Shown: positions 17,989 to 28,272, numbered from the stretch's first letter. The stretch: 64,000 nt of DNA from Patescibacteria group bacterium (GCA_040384485.1 JAZKJH010000003.1:7556-71555); one strand, 5' to 3'. Translations and numbers: made by a program. Notes: generated by a model from the sequence alone, not told the origin.

Positions 17989-18681
17989 TTATTCGAGTTC
18001 AGATAGGAGGAAAGTAAGATTTGGGTCGTTTGGGATAGCCTTCAAGCCTTCATTCAATGCTGCCTTTGCCTTGGTTATATTCTTCCCCACATACTGGTAG
18101 ACCTCCGCTAGCTGTGCGTACAGGTATGACTCTCCTTTAGCTCTAGCGATAGCTCTTCTGTAGTATGTGTCTGACATTCCTACATTTTTCATATGAAGTC
18201 CGTATAGGTTTCCGATGTTACCCAATGCAACAAAGTTCTTTGTATCTAGCTTGCTAGCATACTCCCAAGAAATAATAGCTCCGTCATAGTCCCCTGCGCT
18301 CTTCTGGTATGAACCCAAGTCTATCCAAGCTGCTACCACTTCTGGTTTTGTTTTTAGGAAATCCTGTAATTCTTTTATTTTTGGAGCAGCTGAAGATATT
18401 TCTTGTGCAGAAACATTTACCGCAAGAGATGACTTAACCAAAACTCTGTCTAGGTTTGGAATAGGTTTTGGAACCGAAGTTGGTGAATCTATTTTTTGTA
18501 TCTCGTACTCTACCCCTGATGGAAGAGTTACTTTGTTACCTGTTGTAGTTGCTACTGCTTCGTTATTCCCAATACCTTCCTCTACACCTCGTGAACGTCC
18601 GTCCAGAAGCACATATAGCCCAACCAGGACCAATATTGCTACTGCACTTAGTATTATTTTGTTTGTTTTTGTCATTTCCAT
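17989..18681 (-). CDS. TPR-repeat protein with N-terminal membrane anchor
   Basis: Several 34-aa TPR-like units (W..LG..Y...G.Y..A...Y..A) in the C-terminal half. N-terminal TM. Confidence 0.6.
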   Translation of the reverse strand: MEMTKTNKIILSAVAILVLVGLYVLLDGRSRGVEEGIGNNEAVATTTGNKVTLPSGVEYEIQKIDSPTSVPKPIPNLDRVLVKSSLAVNVSAQEISSAAPKIKELQDFLKTKPEVVAAWIDLGSYQKSAGDYDGAIISWEYASKLDTKNFVALGNIGNLYGLHMKNVGMSDTYYRRAIARAKGESYLYAQLAEVYQYVGKNITKAKAALNEGLKAIPNDPNLTFLLSELE

Positions 18682-18736
18682 AGTGAGAAAAGTATATCAT
18701 ACTCCCAGTATCTTTTAAACCTCTCTCATCCAAAAT

Positions 18737-18753
18737 CCAAGGGCATCCCTTGG
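18737..18753. repeat. REP-like palindrome copy 5 (solo, ~0.8 kb from the element)
   Basis: CCAAGGGCATCCCTTGG in the intergenic region upstream of the TPR gene. Confidence 0.75.
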
Positions 18754-18858
18754 ATAGTGGGAACGGAGGTTTAGATAAAACAAAAACCACCCTTGCGGGT
18801 GGTTTTTGTTGATTAACTTAATCTGTCTTGAAATATATTGCTATATCTCAAAGATAGG

Positions 18859-21800
18859 TTAGTTAGATCGTGTCCAAGTCTGAACTGGGAATGCAGAGTT
18901 GCTTGGGAATCCAGGCAATCCGTATCCGTTTGTCCAATCAAGGTTACTCTGAGTAGCTGTTGTAGCTTCAGCAGTTGTTGTTGAGAATGGTGACCAGATA
19001 ATGTTATCTAGATCTCCATCGTTTGCCTCAATTCCAGCTACTGTTCCCATCAAGTTTGCAAGTGATGGATACGCTGTATCAGCTTTTAGAGCGATACTGA
19101 TTGTGTCAGTAACAGATGCTCCGTCAACTGCAGTCGCAGCTCTCAATACGAATGTTTTCGTACTGTTTGCTGAAATGATCTGAGCTTGTGATGTACCACT
19201 AGCTAGGATTTCCAACAATGTACCTCCGTTTCCAGAAGCATCAGCAGCAACTGTGTTGAATGCAACACCGTCTCCGTAAAGTGTAAATCCAGATACTGCA
19301 CCTCCTGATGTCGCAGTTGTGAATGAGAATTTCTGGAATACGATGTCTCTACTTGATGGGTTCTTTACAGTGAATTTGTATAGATCTCCACCAGCAGATA
19401 GTGTTCCACCGTTGCTTGTTACAGCAACCTCAGGAACTGTTCTGAAGATTCTTAGACCGTTTGTTGAAACGTCTGAAGTTGTTCCGCCAGAAACTGTTGT
19501 CTGAGAGTCAGCACCTAATCCGTAGTTACCATTGATTCCGTTGTTACCACCATCGTAGTTAACAGTTAGGAATGCTCCTGGTGTTCCTTGGTTTACAGTC
19601 TGAGCTGTTAGATCACCTTTTACTACTATAACTATTGACTCACCTGCTGCTATTCTAGGAGCAGGAGTTAGCATTGTTGATGTAGCTAGGTCAGATACAG
19701 ATCCGCCGAATTGAGCAGTTCCGATTTGAGCACCGTTGTACCACAATGTAACTTTCTGATCTACTAGGTCTGCTGGAGAGTTTGAAGCAACGTTACCCAA
19801 TTCTAGGGCAATTTGTTTCAAGTCAACAGCTTCTGTAGCACCAGCTGTGAATCGTAGTCTAGCCAATTCAACTCCTGTAGTTCCTGCTTGCGCAAGTTTG
19901 TACAATAGAGCTGAGTCGTTAGAAACTGTAAATGTTCCAGTTGTTGCAGAAGTCATTGTTTGACCAGAGTTTGCAACTGTAACCTCAGTTACTGTCAAAC
20001 CAGATGTAACACCTGTTGCACCTGTGTATGAAGCATCGAAGTCAGTCATACTCCATGTAACTGAACCTGAAGTTGCGCCTGATGCTAGAGAACATTTCAA
20101 TGACAAAGTCTTTGAAGTTCCTTTTGCAACTACGAAACCACCGTTGTTAAATGTGAATGTGTTTGAACCAGAAGCTACTGTAATGTTTGTTGCGTCTGTT
20201 AGGTTTGTCGCACCATCGTATAGCGCACAGTTTGAAAGCTGATTAGCTGTGATAGTTGAAAGACCTAGTTCAGCAATAAAGCTTGATAGTCTAACGTCCT
20301 CTCCTGACTGACCTGCGTCAAGAACGTATCTTGCGAACTCAAAGTTTTGAGCACCCGCGATAACAGCTCTTGCTGAAGGTTGTGAAGATTGAGTGATAGT
20401 CAATGCACCTCCTCTAACTGTCATCAAGTTTCCTGTGATAACTGAGTTAAATGATGAAAGACTAACTGTGTCTCCTGTTGAAGAACCTGTTACACCTGTC
20501 CACTGAGTAGAAGGTGTTGTAGAAGCTTGAACTGTGTCTCCTGTTACGAAAGTAGAGTTTAGTCTACCAACAAGTCTAACAACAGTTGTTCCTACTGGGA
20601 AAGTTACAGAATCAGTAAATGTTACTGTTCCTGCAGCACCAGATGTTACTACACCGTCAACTGGACCAGCTAGCACAACGCCATTCTGGTTAACCAATTT
20701 GATGTTAGTAATAGCATCTACTGTGTTTCCGTTTGCGAACAAGTTGAATACCATTTGGTCAACAGTAACAGCTTCACCTCTCATTTTAACCTCAAATCCT
20801 CCCAAAGGTTGATCTGAAACTAGAACAGCGATGTTTTGAGCACCAACTGTGTTAGATGATGAAATTGTACTTGCTGAACCAGCTGTTATTGTAACAACAC
20901 CTTGTGCATCGAATGCAGGTGTGTTTGTTACTGTAAAGCCTGTTCCAGATGAAAGACTGATTCCGTAACCATATGTCTCACCTGTTACATAGATATCAGT
21001 TGCTTTGTAGATATCGAATGCAACTGTTCTGTTTGTACCACCAACGATATCTCCTTTGATAGAGATTTCTTTAGATACACCCTCTGCGATCATAAGACCA
21101 CCAGAGAATACTGCAGAATAGTATTTACCATCTGAAGAAACTGTTGTTGGGTAAGCAGTACCATCTACATAAACCTTGATGTTTGCAAGGTCAGAAGCTG
21201 ATGCTGAACCTGACTGGTTCCATCTGATAGACCATACTTTGATATCCTCACCTGAACCTGCATCAACTTTAACTGATGAGAAGGTGTGGTTTGTTGTTCC
21301 GATTTCTTTACTAGATGACACGTTTGGATCAAGAGCTCCTCTAGAACCTTGTGCAGTTCCTAATGAAAGAGTGTTGTTCAAAGTGTGGCTAGCTCCTGTG
21401 ATAGGAAGAGAACCAGAAACTGTAGCTGAAGTGTTAACTGAAACTAGTTTCAAACTAACAACCTGTCCAGCATATGAAGTCAAATCTGCCTTCATGTTAC
21501 CAGCGATTGTGTAAGTTCGAGTTGTCCCTGCTGGGATAACCCAAGACTCACCTACGATAGCTTGACCGTTTGAGTTAAGTGTTTTCGCAACACCGATTTG
21601 CATACCGTCACTGTTCAATAGAACAATTCCAGCGAATGCTGCATCGTCTCCTAGGCCTCCTCTTTCAACTGTAACAGAGTTAACTGTAACATCTGAAGCA
21701 CCGGCTGTAAGAGTGAAAGTTGTGAAAGGAACTCTAGCTGACCCTTTTGGAGCCAATGAGTTTGTTGGTTGTGAACCAGCTGACACTGAAACTGATCCTG

Positions 21801-22272
21801 CTACTGGTGTAGTTGGAGTAGTTGGTGTTGTTGGTGTTGTACCACCCATTGAGTTCAACTTCGCTCTTGTGATCGCACCTACGTAACCAGCTGCTGGTGT
21901 GATTCCATGTTTTACTTGGAATTTTACAACTGCTGCTCTTGTAGCTAGACCAAAGTATGAAGTTTCCATACCAGGTGAGCCAGCTCCTGTAGCTGCAACT
22001 CTTGTATCAGCACTCATGTTAAGAACTTTTTGCAAGTTCATAACATCTGTACTTCTACTACCTACTGTTAAGTTTGTATTGAATGTGTATCCAGTTGAAG
22101 CTGAAGTACCACCACTCAATGCTGCCAACTGTGCTGACAATGAAGCGATCATTGCTTGTAGTTCTTCCATAGTTGCTGCACTAGTTGCACTTGGTGCAAC
22201 GAATGACAACGCCATAGCGAAACCTACAAATCCAGCGACGAATTTTGCAGTTTTTGATTTTGTTAAATTCAT
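18859..22272 (-). CDS. Large surface protein (~1137 aa) with N-terminal coiled segment and PG_binding_1-like peptidoglycan-binding domain, followed by long beta-rich Thr/Ser/Gly-rich region (S-layer-like)
   Basis: Start refined to MNLTKSKTAKF (signal peptide) at 22272. ...VGSRSTDVMNLQKVLN...YFGLATRAAVVKFQVKHGITPAAGYVGAITRAKL matches the PG-binding domain pattern. Confidence 0.8.
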   Translation of the reverse strand: MNLTKSKTAKFVAGFVGFAMALSFVAPSATSAATMEELQAMIASLSAQLAALSGGTSASTGYTFNTNLTVGSRSTDVMNLQKVLNMSADTRVAATGAGSPGMETSYFGLATRAAVVKFQVKHGITPAAGYVGAITRAKLNSMGGTTPTTPTTPTTPVAGSVSVSAGSQPTNSLAPKGSARVPFTTFTLTAGASDVTVNSVTVERGGLGDDAAFAGIVLLNSDGMQIGVAKTLNSNGQAIVGESWVIPAGTTRTYTIAGNMKADLTSYAGQVVSLKLVSVNTSATVSGSLPITGASHTLNNTLSLGTAQGSRGALDPNVSSSKEIGTTNHTFSSVKVDAGSGEDIKVWSIRWNQSGSASASDLANIKVYVDGTAYPTTVSSDGKYYSAVFSGGLMIAEGVSKEISIKGDIVGGTNRTVAFDIYKATDIYVTGETYGYGISLSSGTGFTVTNTPAFDAQGVVTITAGSASTISSSNTVGAQNIAVLVSDQPLGGFEVKMRGEAVTVDQMVFNLFANGNTVDAITNIKLVNQNGVVLAGPVDGVVTSGAAGTVTFTDSVTFPVGTTVVRLVGRLNSTFVTGDTVQASTTPSTQWTGVTGSSTGDTVSLSSFNSVITGNLMTVRGGALTITQSSQPSARAVIAGAQNFEFARYVLDAGQSGEDVRLSSFIAELGLSTITANQLSNCALYDGATNLTDATNITVASGSNTFTFNNGGFVVAKGTSKTLSLKCSLASGATSGSVTWSMTDFDASYTGATGVTSGLTVTEVTVANSGQTMTSATTGTFTVSNDSALLYKLAQAGTTGVELARLRFTAGATEAVDLKQIALELGNVASNSPADLVDQKVTLWYNGAQIGTAQFGGSVSDLATSTMLTPAPRIAAGESIVIVVKGDLTAQTVNQGTPGAFLTVNYDGGNNGINGNYGLGADSQTTVSGGTTSDVSTNGLRIFRTVPEVAVTSNGGTLSAGGDLYKFTVKNPSSRDIVFQKFSFTTATSGGAVSGFTLYGDGVAFNTVAADASGNGGTLLEILASGTSQAQIISANSTKTFVLRAATAVDGASVTDTISIALKADTAYPSLANLMGTVAGIEANDGDLDNIIWSPFSTTTAEATTATQSNLDWTNGYGLPGFPSNSAFPVQTWTRSN

Positions 22273-22460
22273 ATATATGTTTTTAATAAGAAATGATCTC
22301 TCTAAAGTTATTAATAAAATGTGTTTAGAGAAAACCATTTGTGAAAACTATTAACTAATTACCTTAATAATTTCTGATACGGCCACTTCAATATTCTTCG
22401 AACTTTCATTCGAAGAATATTCCGTGACCGCATCACATGCAATTTTTTTGTGCTCATATT

Positions 22461-22764
22461 TTGTTCACATCTCCACATGGTGGCAGAGCCGAACAACTCG
22501 ACACGAGTACAAAAAAATAGATGGCGTGTTGAGTGGGAATTTCTAGAGTGTCTAAAATGTAGGAATAAAGCGGTAAGTCGGAAAACTAACATTAGCGGCT
22601 TTTTATGCCGCTGTGTATAAATCCATATTTTGTTGTCAAAGAACTGTCTGTTCTGAAAGATATAAAAGCTATACAGAACTTATGCACATAGCCCTCGCGG
22701 GCTATGACACATATATAAGTATATAGTCTCTATATCAGACTTTCAAATAACAGCGTGTGGATAA
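22461..22764. promoter_or_regulatory. Cluster of DnaA-box matches (TTATNCACA) in a 620-bp hairpin-rich intergenic region
   Basis: Perfect matches: TGTGTATAA at 22612-22620 (rc TTATACACA), TTATGCACA at 22680-22688, TGTGGATAA at 22756-22764 (rc TTATCCACA). One-mismatch TTGTTCACA at 22461-22469. Several perfect hairpins lie in the same region (22392-22420, 22689-22708, 22771-22797). Confidence 0.4.
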
Positions 22765-22951
22765 CTGGTTTTTTGAGGTTTTAGGACCTCAAAAAGTTGT
22801 ACTACCCAACCTACCAATATTAGACAAAAATGAGCAAAAAGTCAATCCAACAGACGAGAAATATGCTCGCTCTGACAGGGTGATTTTTGCCAAGAATTTT
22901 TGCCTCAATACCATAGACGGGAATAATGTAGAAATATTACTCAAAATAGTT

Positions 22952-23755
22952 TTAACTCAATGAATACTTGCTCCATCTTCTTACTCCTGCTCGTTTTAGA
23001 ATTCCACTAGCTATAAGAGAGTTGAGTTCTCGCTGCACTGTTTTTTCACTACAGTCCTTTATAACTTCAGTAATGTCCTTTATCATTACTTCTTTCTTTT
23101 TTCTTATTAAGTTCAAAATTGTAGTTTGTCTATCTGTTCTTCTAAATGCCTCATTTGTAGAGCTGACAACTGGTCTGTCTTTTACTGTGGTTGGAGATGA
23201 ATATCGGTTAAAATTTGAAACCTCAATTTCTGATTTTTGGATCGTGCTTGGGTTAGCAAAAACTACAGAATTAGTTGTCTGTGGGATTTGTGGGACTGTA
23301 GCTTTCTCAGTTGATTCAAAAATATTTTTTACCGCATTTTCCCCTGAAAAATTTTGTGAGTTTTGAGCCCCTTCTAGAATAGTGATCAGGTTATGAAACT
23401 CTGTGTTTATAATAGAAAAATTCATCTCTGAAATAAGTCCGCCTCTGTATGCAACTTCTAGAAAGGAAGATGCTTCTAAGACACGAGTTTTCACACCGTA
23501 TATAAAATCATTTTTACCTCCGTCTCTTTCCCCTTTTGAACGAATCATATAAGACAATAGTTCTGTAACTTTTTGTCGCAAAACATTTCGCATTGGTTCA
23601 GTTTCTGGAAACAAGTTTGTGATCATGTAGACCGCCGAAGCTAGTTTTTCTGTCTTTTTGAACGCAGAAACAAACACAGGTTCAGTGCCAAAAAAAGATA
23701 TTATTTCCTTGCTCTTTTGAGATACTTCGATACTTGAGTTGTTGTTTGGATTCAT
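22952..23755 (-). CDS. Putative transcriptional regulator with C-terminal winged-helix DNA-binding domain
   Basis: C-terminal ...TTILNLIRKKKEVMIKDITEVIKDCSEKTVQRELNSLIASGILKRAGVRRWSKYSL is wHTH/DeoR-like. The N-terminal domain is unassigned. Confidence 0.5.
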   Translation of the reverse strand: MNPNNNSSIEVSQKSKEIISFFGTEPVFVSAFKKTEKLASAVYMITNLFPETEPMRNVLRQKVTELLSYMIRSKGERDGGKNDFIYGVKTRVLEASSFLEVAYRGGLISEMNFSIINTEFHNLITILEGAQNSQNFSGENAVKNIFESTEKATVPQIPQTTNSVVFANPSTIQKSEIEVSNFNRYSSPTTVKDRPVVSSTNEAFRRTDRQTTILNLIRKKKEVMIKDITEVIKDCSEKTVQRELNSLIASGILKRAGVRRWSKYSLS

Positions 23756-24224
23756 TGTTTTTGTAGTTTAAACTGACTGTTAGGAGTCCGTAAAATGTCC
23801 TTATTTGTAGCGGTATGTCTTATATTTGTCTTTATTATGTCTTATATAATAACAAATGTCTTTGATAAAGTCAAGGCCAGTTGTAAGACAAAATAAAACA
23901 GGTTGTCTGTCTCATACCTGCAGCAAGCAGTCGAGGTATGAGGCTGACAACATCAGGACTGTTTTGTTGGTGTGGGAAGTGGCTCCGCCACCACTACTTT
24001 ACGCCTCTCTTGTTCATAGCTAAGACTATGAACGATTCGTGGCTTCCAATAAAGCACGAAACAAAACATTGAATTAGTTAGACTCCTACTGAACATGAAC
24101 TTGCTATTTCTAATCCCCTATTTTGTTCGTGGTTGTGTGCGTTTTTGTGTTAAAATATATAGCGATACAACTCAATTATTAGTTAACTTTACTGGTATAA
24201 AATAGTACTGGTTCTAGAACTCGG

Positions 24225-26471
24225 ATGGCACAAAAAAAGAAAGAAAAGATAGAGAAACCGAAAAGGAAATCTAAGGAAATTATTGATGAAAATTCTGGAG
24301 GTGATTATCTCAAAAAAGAAACTTTAAACGCGATTATTGCGGTGGTGTTTTTCGTGATTGGAATGTTCCTTTTGTTGTCCGCTGGACCTATCGCAAAAGG
24401 TGGAAAAGCCGGTGAATGGGTATACTATATTTTTCACGATAAAATGTTTGGAGTTGGATATTATCTACTACCTATTATTTTGTTTATTTTGTGTGTTTCT
24501 TTTTTCAGATCCCTTCAAAAAAAGTTGGCGAAAACTCACAGCTTTGGTGGACTACTCTTGTTTATTTCTTGCTTGGCCCTGATCGATATTTCATCACCAG
24601 GAAATGGAGGAATTGTCGGTGGTTTTATTTCCAAACCACTCATTAGTATGTTTGATACATATGTCAGTGTGATCGCACTTATCGCACTTTCACTCATCTC
24701 TCTTATTGTTATTTTTGACGCTCCAATACGGTTCAACTTTGTTAGAAGATGGTTCGGTAAAAAAGAAGAAGGCGAACTTTTGGACGAAGAAGATGATGGT
24801 CCGGAACTAATAATTTCCAACGACGGGAAAAATAAAATGACTCTTAAAGAGGCTGAGAAAATGGCAGAAGAAAAAGAGCCAATTATAAAAAAACCCGAGG
24901 AACCTAAAAAAGATAAAGATGAGTTTGGTATTGCCCCACTACTTTCGAACGGGAAGGAGTTCGTCCCCCCACCACTTTCTTTGCTTGAACAGGACAAAGG
25001 TAAGCCTGGAGTTGGAGACATCAAAGCAAACTCAAATATAATAAAAAGAACACTTCAAAACTTTGGCATCAGCGTAGAGATGGATGAAATATCTATTGGA
25101 CCGTCTATTACTAGATACGCCCTAAAACCTGCAGAAGGAGTAAAGTTGGCTAAAATAGTTGGACTCCAAAACGACCTCTCTCTAGCTCTGGCTGCCCACC
25201 CTATTCGTATAGAGGCTCCTATTCCAGGTAAGTCATTAGTGGGTATCGAGATACCGAACAGTATAAAAACAACCGTGGGACTTGGAACCCTGCTTGGATC
25301 AAACGACTTCCAAAACTCAGAAAAAGCTCTGCTTGTTTCTCTGGGCAAAGGAATCTCGGGAATGTCGTACTTTGCTGACCTAGCCAAATCCCCTCACATG
25401 CTTATCGCTGGTTCTACTGGGTCTGGAAAGTCTGTTACTATTCACGCCCTCATCACTTCCCTTCTATATAGAAACTCTCCGGACAACTTGAAGTTCATTA
25501 TGGTGGACCCAAAAAGAGTTGAGCTTACTCTATATAACAAAATCCCACATCTACTAACACCTGTTATCACAGATGCAAAGAAGGCTATCTTGGCACTGAA
25601 ATGGGCAGCAAAAGAGATGGATCGTCGATATGATGTTCTACAAACCGAAGGTCTGCAAAATATTTCTTCGTATCACAAAAATGTTCTGGAGCCTGAACTA
25701 AAGAAACGCAAAGGTAAACCTGCAGATGAGGACGCTAAGCCTATCGAGACTATGCCTTATATAGTAGTAGTTATCGACGAGTTGGCAGATATTATGCAAG
25801 CCTATCCTCGAGAACTTGAGTCAGCTATTGTACGCCTTGCTCAGATGTCCCGAGCTGTTGGAATACACCTCATGCTTTCTACTCAGAGGCCTTCCGTAAA
25901 CGTTATTACCGGTCTTATCAAAGCCAACATCCCTACCCGTATCGCCCTGCAGGTGTCTTCCCAGATAGACTCACGAACTATCTTGGATATGTCAGGTGCT
26001 GAAAAACTACTGGGTGCTGGAGATATGTTGTATTTGTCAGGAGAAATGTCTCAACCTCAGCGTATTCAGTCTGCGTTTATCCGCGAGACAGAAGTGAAAG
26101 CAGTTGTTAAGTATCTAGTAGACAGCTATGCGAGTGAAATACCGAGCGAAATAAACCTAACTGGTGAGAATCAGAAAAATAGTATATTTGAAGCTGCTTT
26201 GGGTGACGATAAAATGGAGGACGATGACGACCTATACGAGGATGCGAAACAAACTGTTATGCAGGCTGGTAAAGCTTCTACTTCTTATCTACAAAGAAAA
26301 CTTGGTGTTGGTTATGCCAGAGCAGCTAGACTTATAGATATGCTTGAAGAAAGAGGTGTGATAGGTCCTGGCTCTGGAGCAAAACCTAGAGAAGTGCTTA
26401 TGGGCGGTGCGAGTGACGCCCCGACAGAAAGTGGTGACTCGGAGGAAAATAACACACCTCTTAGTAGCTAA
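24225..26471 (+). CDS. ftsK: DNA translocase FtsK/SpoIIIE
   Basis: N-terminal TM segments, charged linker, Walker A GSTGSGKS, VVVIDELADIM Walker B, C-terminal gamma-like domain. Confidence 0.95.
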   Translation: MAQKKKEKIEKPKRKSKEIIDENSGGDYLKKETLNAIIAVVFFVIGMFLLLSAGPIAKGGKAGEWVYYIFHDKMFGVGYYLLPIILFILCVSFFRSLQKKLAKTHSFGGLLLFISCLALIDISSPGNGGIVGGFISKPLISMFDTYVSVIALIALSLISLIVIFDAPIRFNFVRRWFGKKEEGELLDEEDDGPELIISNDGKNKMTLKEAEKMAEEKEPIIKKPEEPKKDKDEFGIAPLLSNGKEFVPPPLSLLEQDKGKPGVGDIKANSNIIKRTLQNFGISVEMDEISIGPSITRYALKPAEGVKLAKIVGLQNDLSLALAAHPIRIEAPIPGKSLVGIEIPNSIKTTVGLGTLLGSNDFQNSEKALLVSLGKGISGMSYFADLAKSPHMLIAGSTGSGKSVTIHALITSLLYRNSPDNLKFIMVDPKRVELTLYNKIPHLLTPVITDAKKAILALKWAAKEMDRRYDVLQTEGLQNISSYHKNVLEPELKKRKGKPADEDAKPIETMPYIVVVIDELADIMQAYPRELESAIVRLAQMSRAVGIHLMLSTQRPSVNVITGLIKANIPTRIALQVSSQIDSRTILDMSGAEKLLGAGDMLYLSGEMSQPQRIQSAFIRETEVKAVVKYLVDSYASEIPSEINLTGENQKNSIFEAALGDDKMEDDDDLYEDAKQTVMQAGKASTSYLQRKLGVGYARAARLIDMLEERGVIGPGSGAKPREVLMGGASDAPTESGDSEENNTPLSS

Positions 26472-26495
26472 TAAAACTAAAACCAGCACCCTTCC

Positions 26496-26849
26496 ATGAA
26501 CCGCAATGCCATATCTACTATCCGAATAGGCTTCTTAGTTCTCCTTGGGGTCATTATTGTCGGGTATTCAGCTTTCCAAGCAGAGAAACTGATCCGAGGG
26601 CCAGTTATAGAGATATACTCCCCTCAGAACGGGTCTACCTACAGCAAGGCTTTAATAGAGATAGAGGGACTGGCTAAAAATATCGCTCATATAAACCTAA
26701 ACGGCAGGAAGATATTTACTGACAAAAACGGCTACTTTAAGGAAAAATTGCTCCTATCCCCTGGCTATAATATAATTAAGCTAGATGCTGAGGATAAGTT
26801 TAATCAGTACGAGGAGGAGATTTTAGAAGTGGTTTTGAAGGAGTATTAG
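26496..26849 (+). CDS. Hypothetical small membrane-anchored protein
   Basis: 117-aa ORF with N-terminal TM, between ftsK and recA. Confidence 0.45.
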   Translation: MNRNAISTIRIGFLVLLGVIIVGYSAFQAEKLIRGPVIEIYSPQNGSTYSKALIEIEGLAKNIAHINLNGRKIFTDKNGYFKEKLLLSPGYNIIKLDAEDKFNQYEEEILEVVLKEY

Positions 26850-26892
26850 AAAATTAAAGTGTGGGATTATTAGTATTTTTATTTTAATTATT

Positions 26893-27957
26893 ATGAAGAA
26901 AAAAGCACCGAAGGAAGCAAAAGGAGAAATAGGAACAGTGAATGTAGAGAATACTCTACGAGAAATCAGAACGAAGTTCGGTGATGATTCTATTATGATG
27001 CTTGGCGACAAGCCTCATGTAGATGTAAATGCAATCTCAACTGGTTCAATAGGTTTGGATGCAGCACTCGGAGTTGGTGGTTTGCCGAGAGGGAGAATAG
27101 TGGAAATATTTGGACCAGAATCATCTGGTAAAACTACCCTGTCTCTACATGTTGTAGCAGAAGCACAAAAGTCAGGAGGTATCTGTGCATTCATAGATGC
27201 AGAGCATGCCATGGACCCAGAGTACGCGCAGAGACTTGGTGTGAAAATTGATCAGCTACTTATCTCACAACCCGACAACGGTGAACAGGCTCTAGAAATA
27301 GTAGAATCTCTTGTTCGTTCAGGAAAAATAGATGTGATAGTTATCGACTCAGTAGCAGCTCTGACTCCGAAAGATGAAATTGAAGGAGATATGGGAGCTC
27401 ACCATGTTGGAAAACAAGCTCGCCTTATGTCTCAAGCCCTAAGAAAGCTTACGGCTATTGTTGCTCGTTCAAAAACTTTGGTTATTTTTATAAACCAAAT
27501 CCGTATGCAGATTGGTGTTATGTTTGGAAACCCAGAAACAACTCCTGGTGGAAAAGCTCTCAAGTTCTACACATCAGTTAGAATTGATATTCGACGAATT
27601 GCCCAAATCAAGAAAGGCGAAGAAATAATGGGAGGAAGAATCCGAGTAAAGGTTGTAAAAAACAAAGTGGCTGCTCCTTTCAAACAAACCGAGTTTGACC
27701 TAATGTATAACGAAGGTATCTCAAGAGAGGGTGAAATAATCGCCTTGGGAGAAAAAATGGGAATCATAAGCAAATCTGGAACAAGCTACTCATACGGTGA
27801 GGAAAAACTAGGACGAGGATATGATGCCACAAGGCAGTTCCTAAGAGCCGAGAAGAAAGTTGCAGATAAAATACTGAAAGAAATTAGAGAAGCTTTGAAG
27901 AAAAATGGAGGATCTGTGGTAGCTAGTACTGGAGGAGAAAGCGAAAGCGCAGAATAA
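26893..27957 (+). CDS. recA: Recombinase RecA
   Basis: [17 protein letters not shown] Walker A, ...[22 protein letters not shown]..., and the rest of the RecA core. Confidence 0.95.
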   Translation: MKKKAPKEAKGEIGTVNVENTLREIRTKFGDDSIMMLGDKPHVDVNAISTGSIGLDAALGVGGLPRGRIVEIFGPESSGKTTLSLHVVAEAQKSGGICAFIDAEHAMDPEYAQRLGVKIDQLLISQPDNGEQALEIVESLVRSGKIDVIVIDSVAALTPKDEIEGDMGAHHVGKQARLMSQALRKLTAIVARSKTLVIFINQIRMQIGVMFGNPETTPGGKALKFYTSVRIDIRRIAQIKKGEEIMGGRIRVKVVKNKVAAPFKQTEFDLMYNEGISREGEIIALGEKMGIISKSGTSYSYGEEKLGRGYDATRQFLRAEKKVADKILKEIREALKKNGGSVVASTGGESESAE

Positions 27958-27960
27958 CTA

Positions 27961-27998
27961 AAAAAACACCGGCTACTCAGTCGGTGTTTTGTTTTTGT
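27961..27998 (+). terminator. Rho-independent terminator after recA
   Basis: ACACCGGCTACTCAGTCGGTGT hairpin followed by tttgtttttgtt. Confidence 0.7.
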
Positions 27999-28101
27999 TA
28001 GGACAGAAAGTATTTTGGAAAGAACCTGCAGATAAGCAAAAAACCGACTAGCAAGTTTTTTGCTAAATCGGTTTGAGAAGAATGATTTCGAGACTCTCCC
28101 T

Positions 28102-28224
28102 TTACGAGCGCCTCCTCCTTACACTTATCGGTGTTGTGATTGAACGAATCAGGAAAAAGAACAAAACCCCCAAGAAAAAGTGCCCGTTGAGAGTCATGAC
28201 CACCAGCACGAAGTATTTGAACAT
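28102..28224 (-). CDS. Small hydrophobic peptide (40 aa) driven by a consensus promoter
   Basis: ATG at 28224 follows AGGAGG RBS. MFKYFVLVVMTLNGHFFLGVLFFFLIRSITTPISVRRRRS. The ORF track extends it upstream through the promoter. Confidence 0.35.
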   Translation of the reverse strand: MFKYFVLVVMTLNGHFFLGVLFFFLIRSITTPISVRRRRS

Positions 28225-28242
28225 GTATCTCCTCCTGTATAA

Positions 28243-28272
28243 ATAATACACCATATTAGTGTATTTGTCAAT
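28243..28272 (-). promoter_or_regulatory. Consensus sigma70-type promoter TTGACA-17-TATTAT
   Basis: Minus-strand reading: ccgataTTGACAaatacactaatatggtgTATTATttatacAGGAGGagatacATG. Confidence 0.55.

Noticed and set aside
22340-22951. Calling the DnaA-box cluster the chromosomal origin (oriC)
   Set aside because: No dnaA/dnaN nearby and no clean switch in gene-strand orientation around it (genes on both sides are largely minus-strand). It is kept as a DnaA-binding regulatory candidate rather than asserted as oriC.
22359-22963. ORFs 22359..22592(-) and 22757..22963(+) in the DnaA-box intergenic region
   Set aside because: Short, basic or low-complexity translations overlapping hairpins and DnaA boxes, with no RBS. 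They are treated as non-coding.
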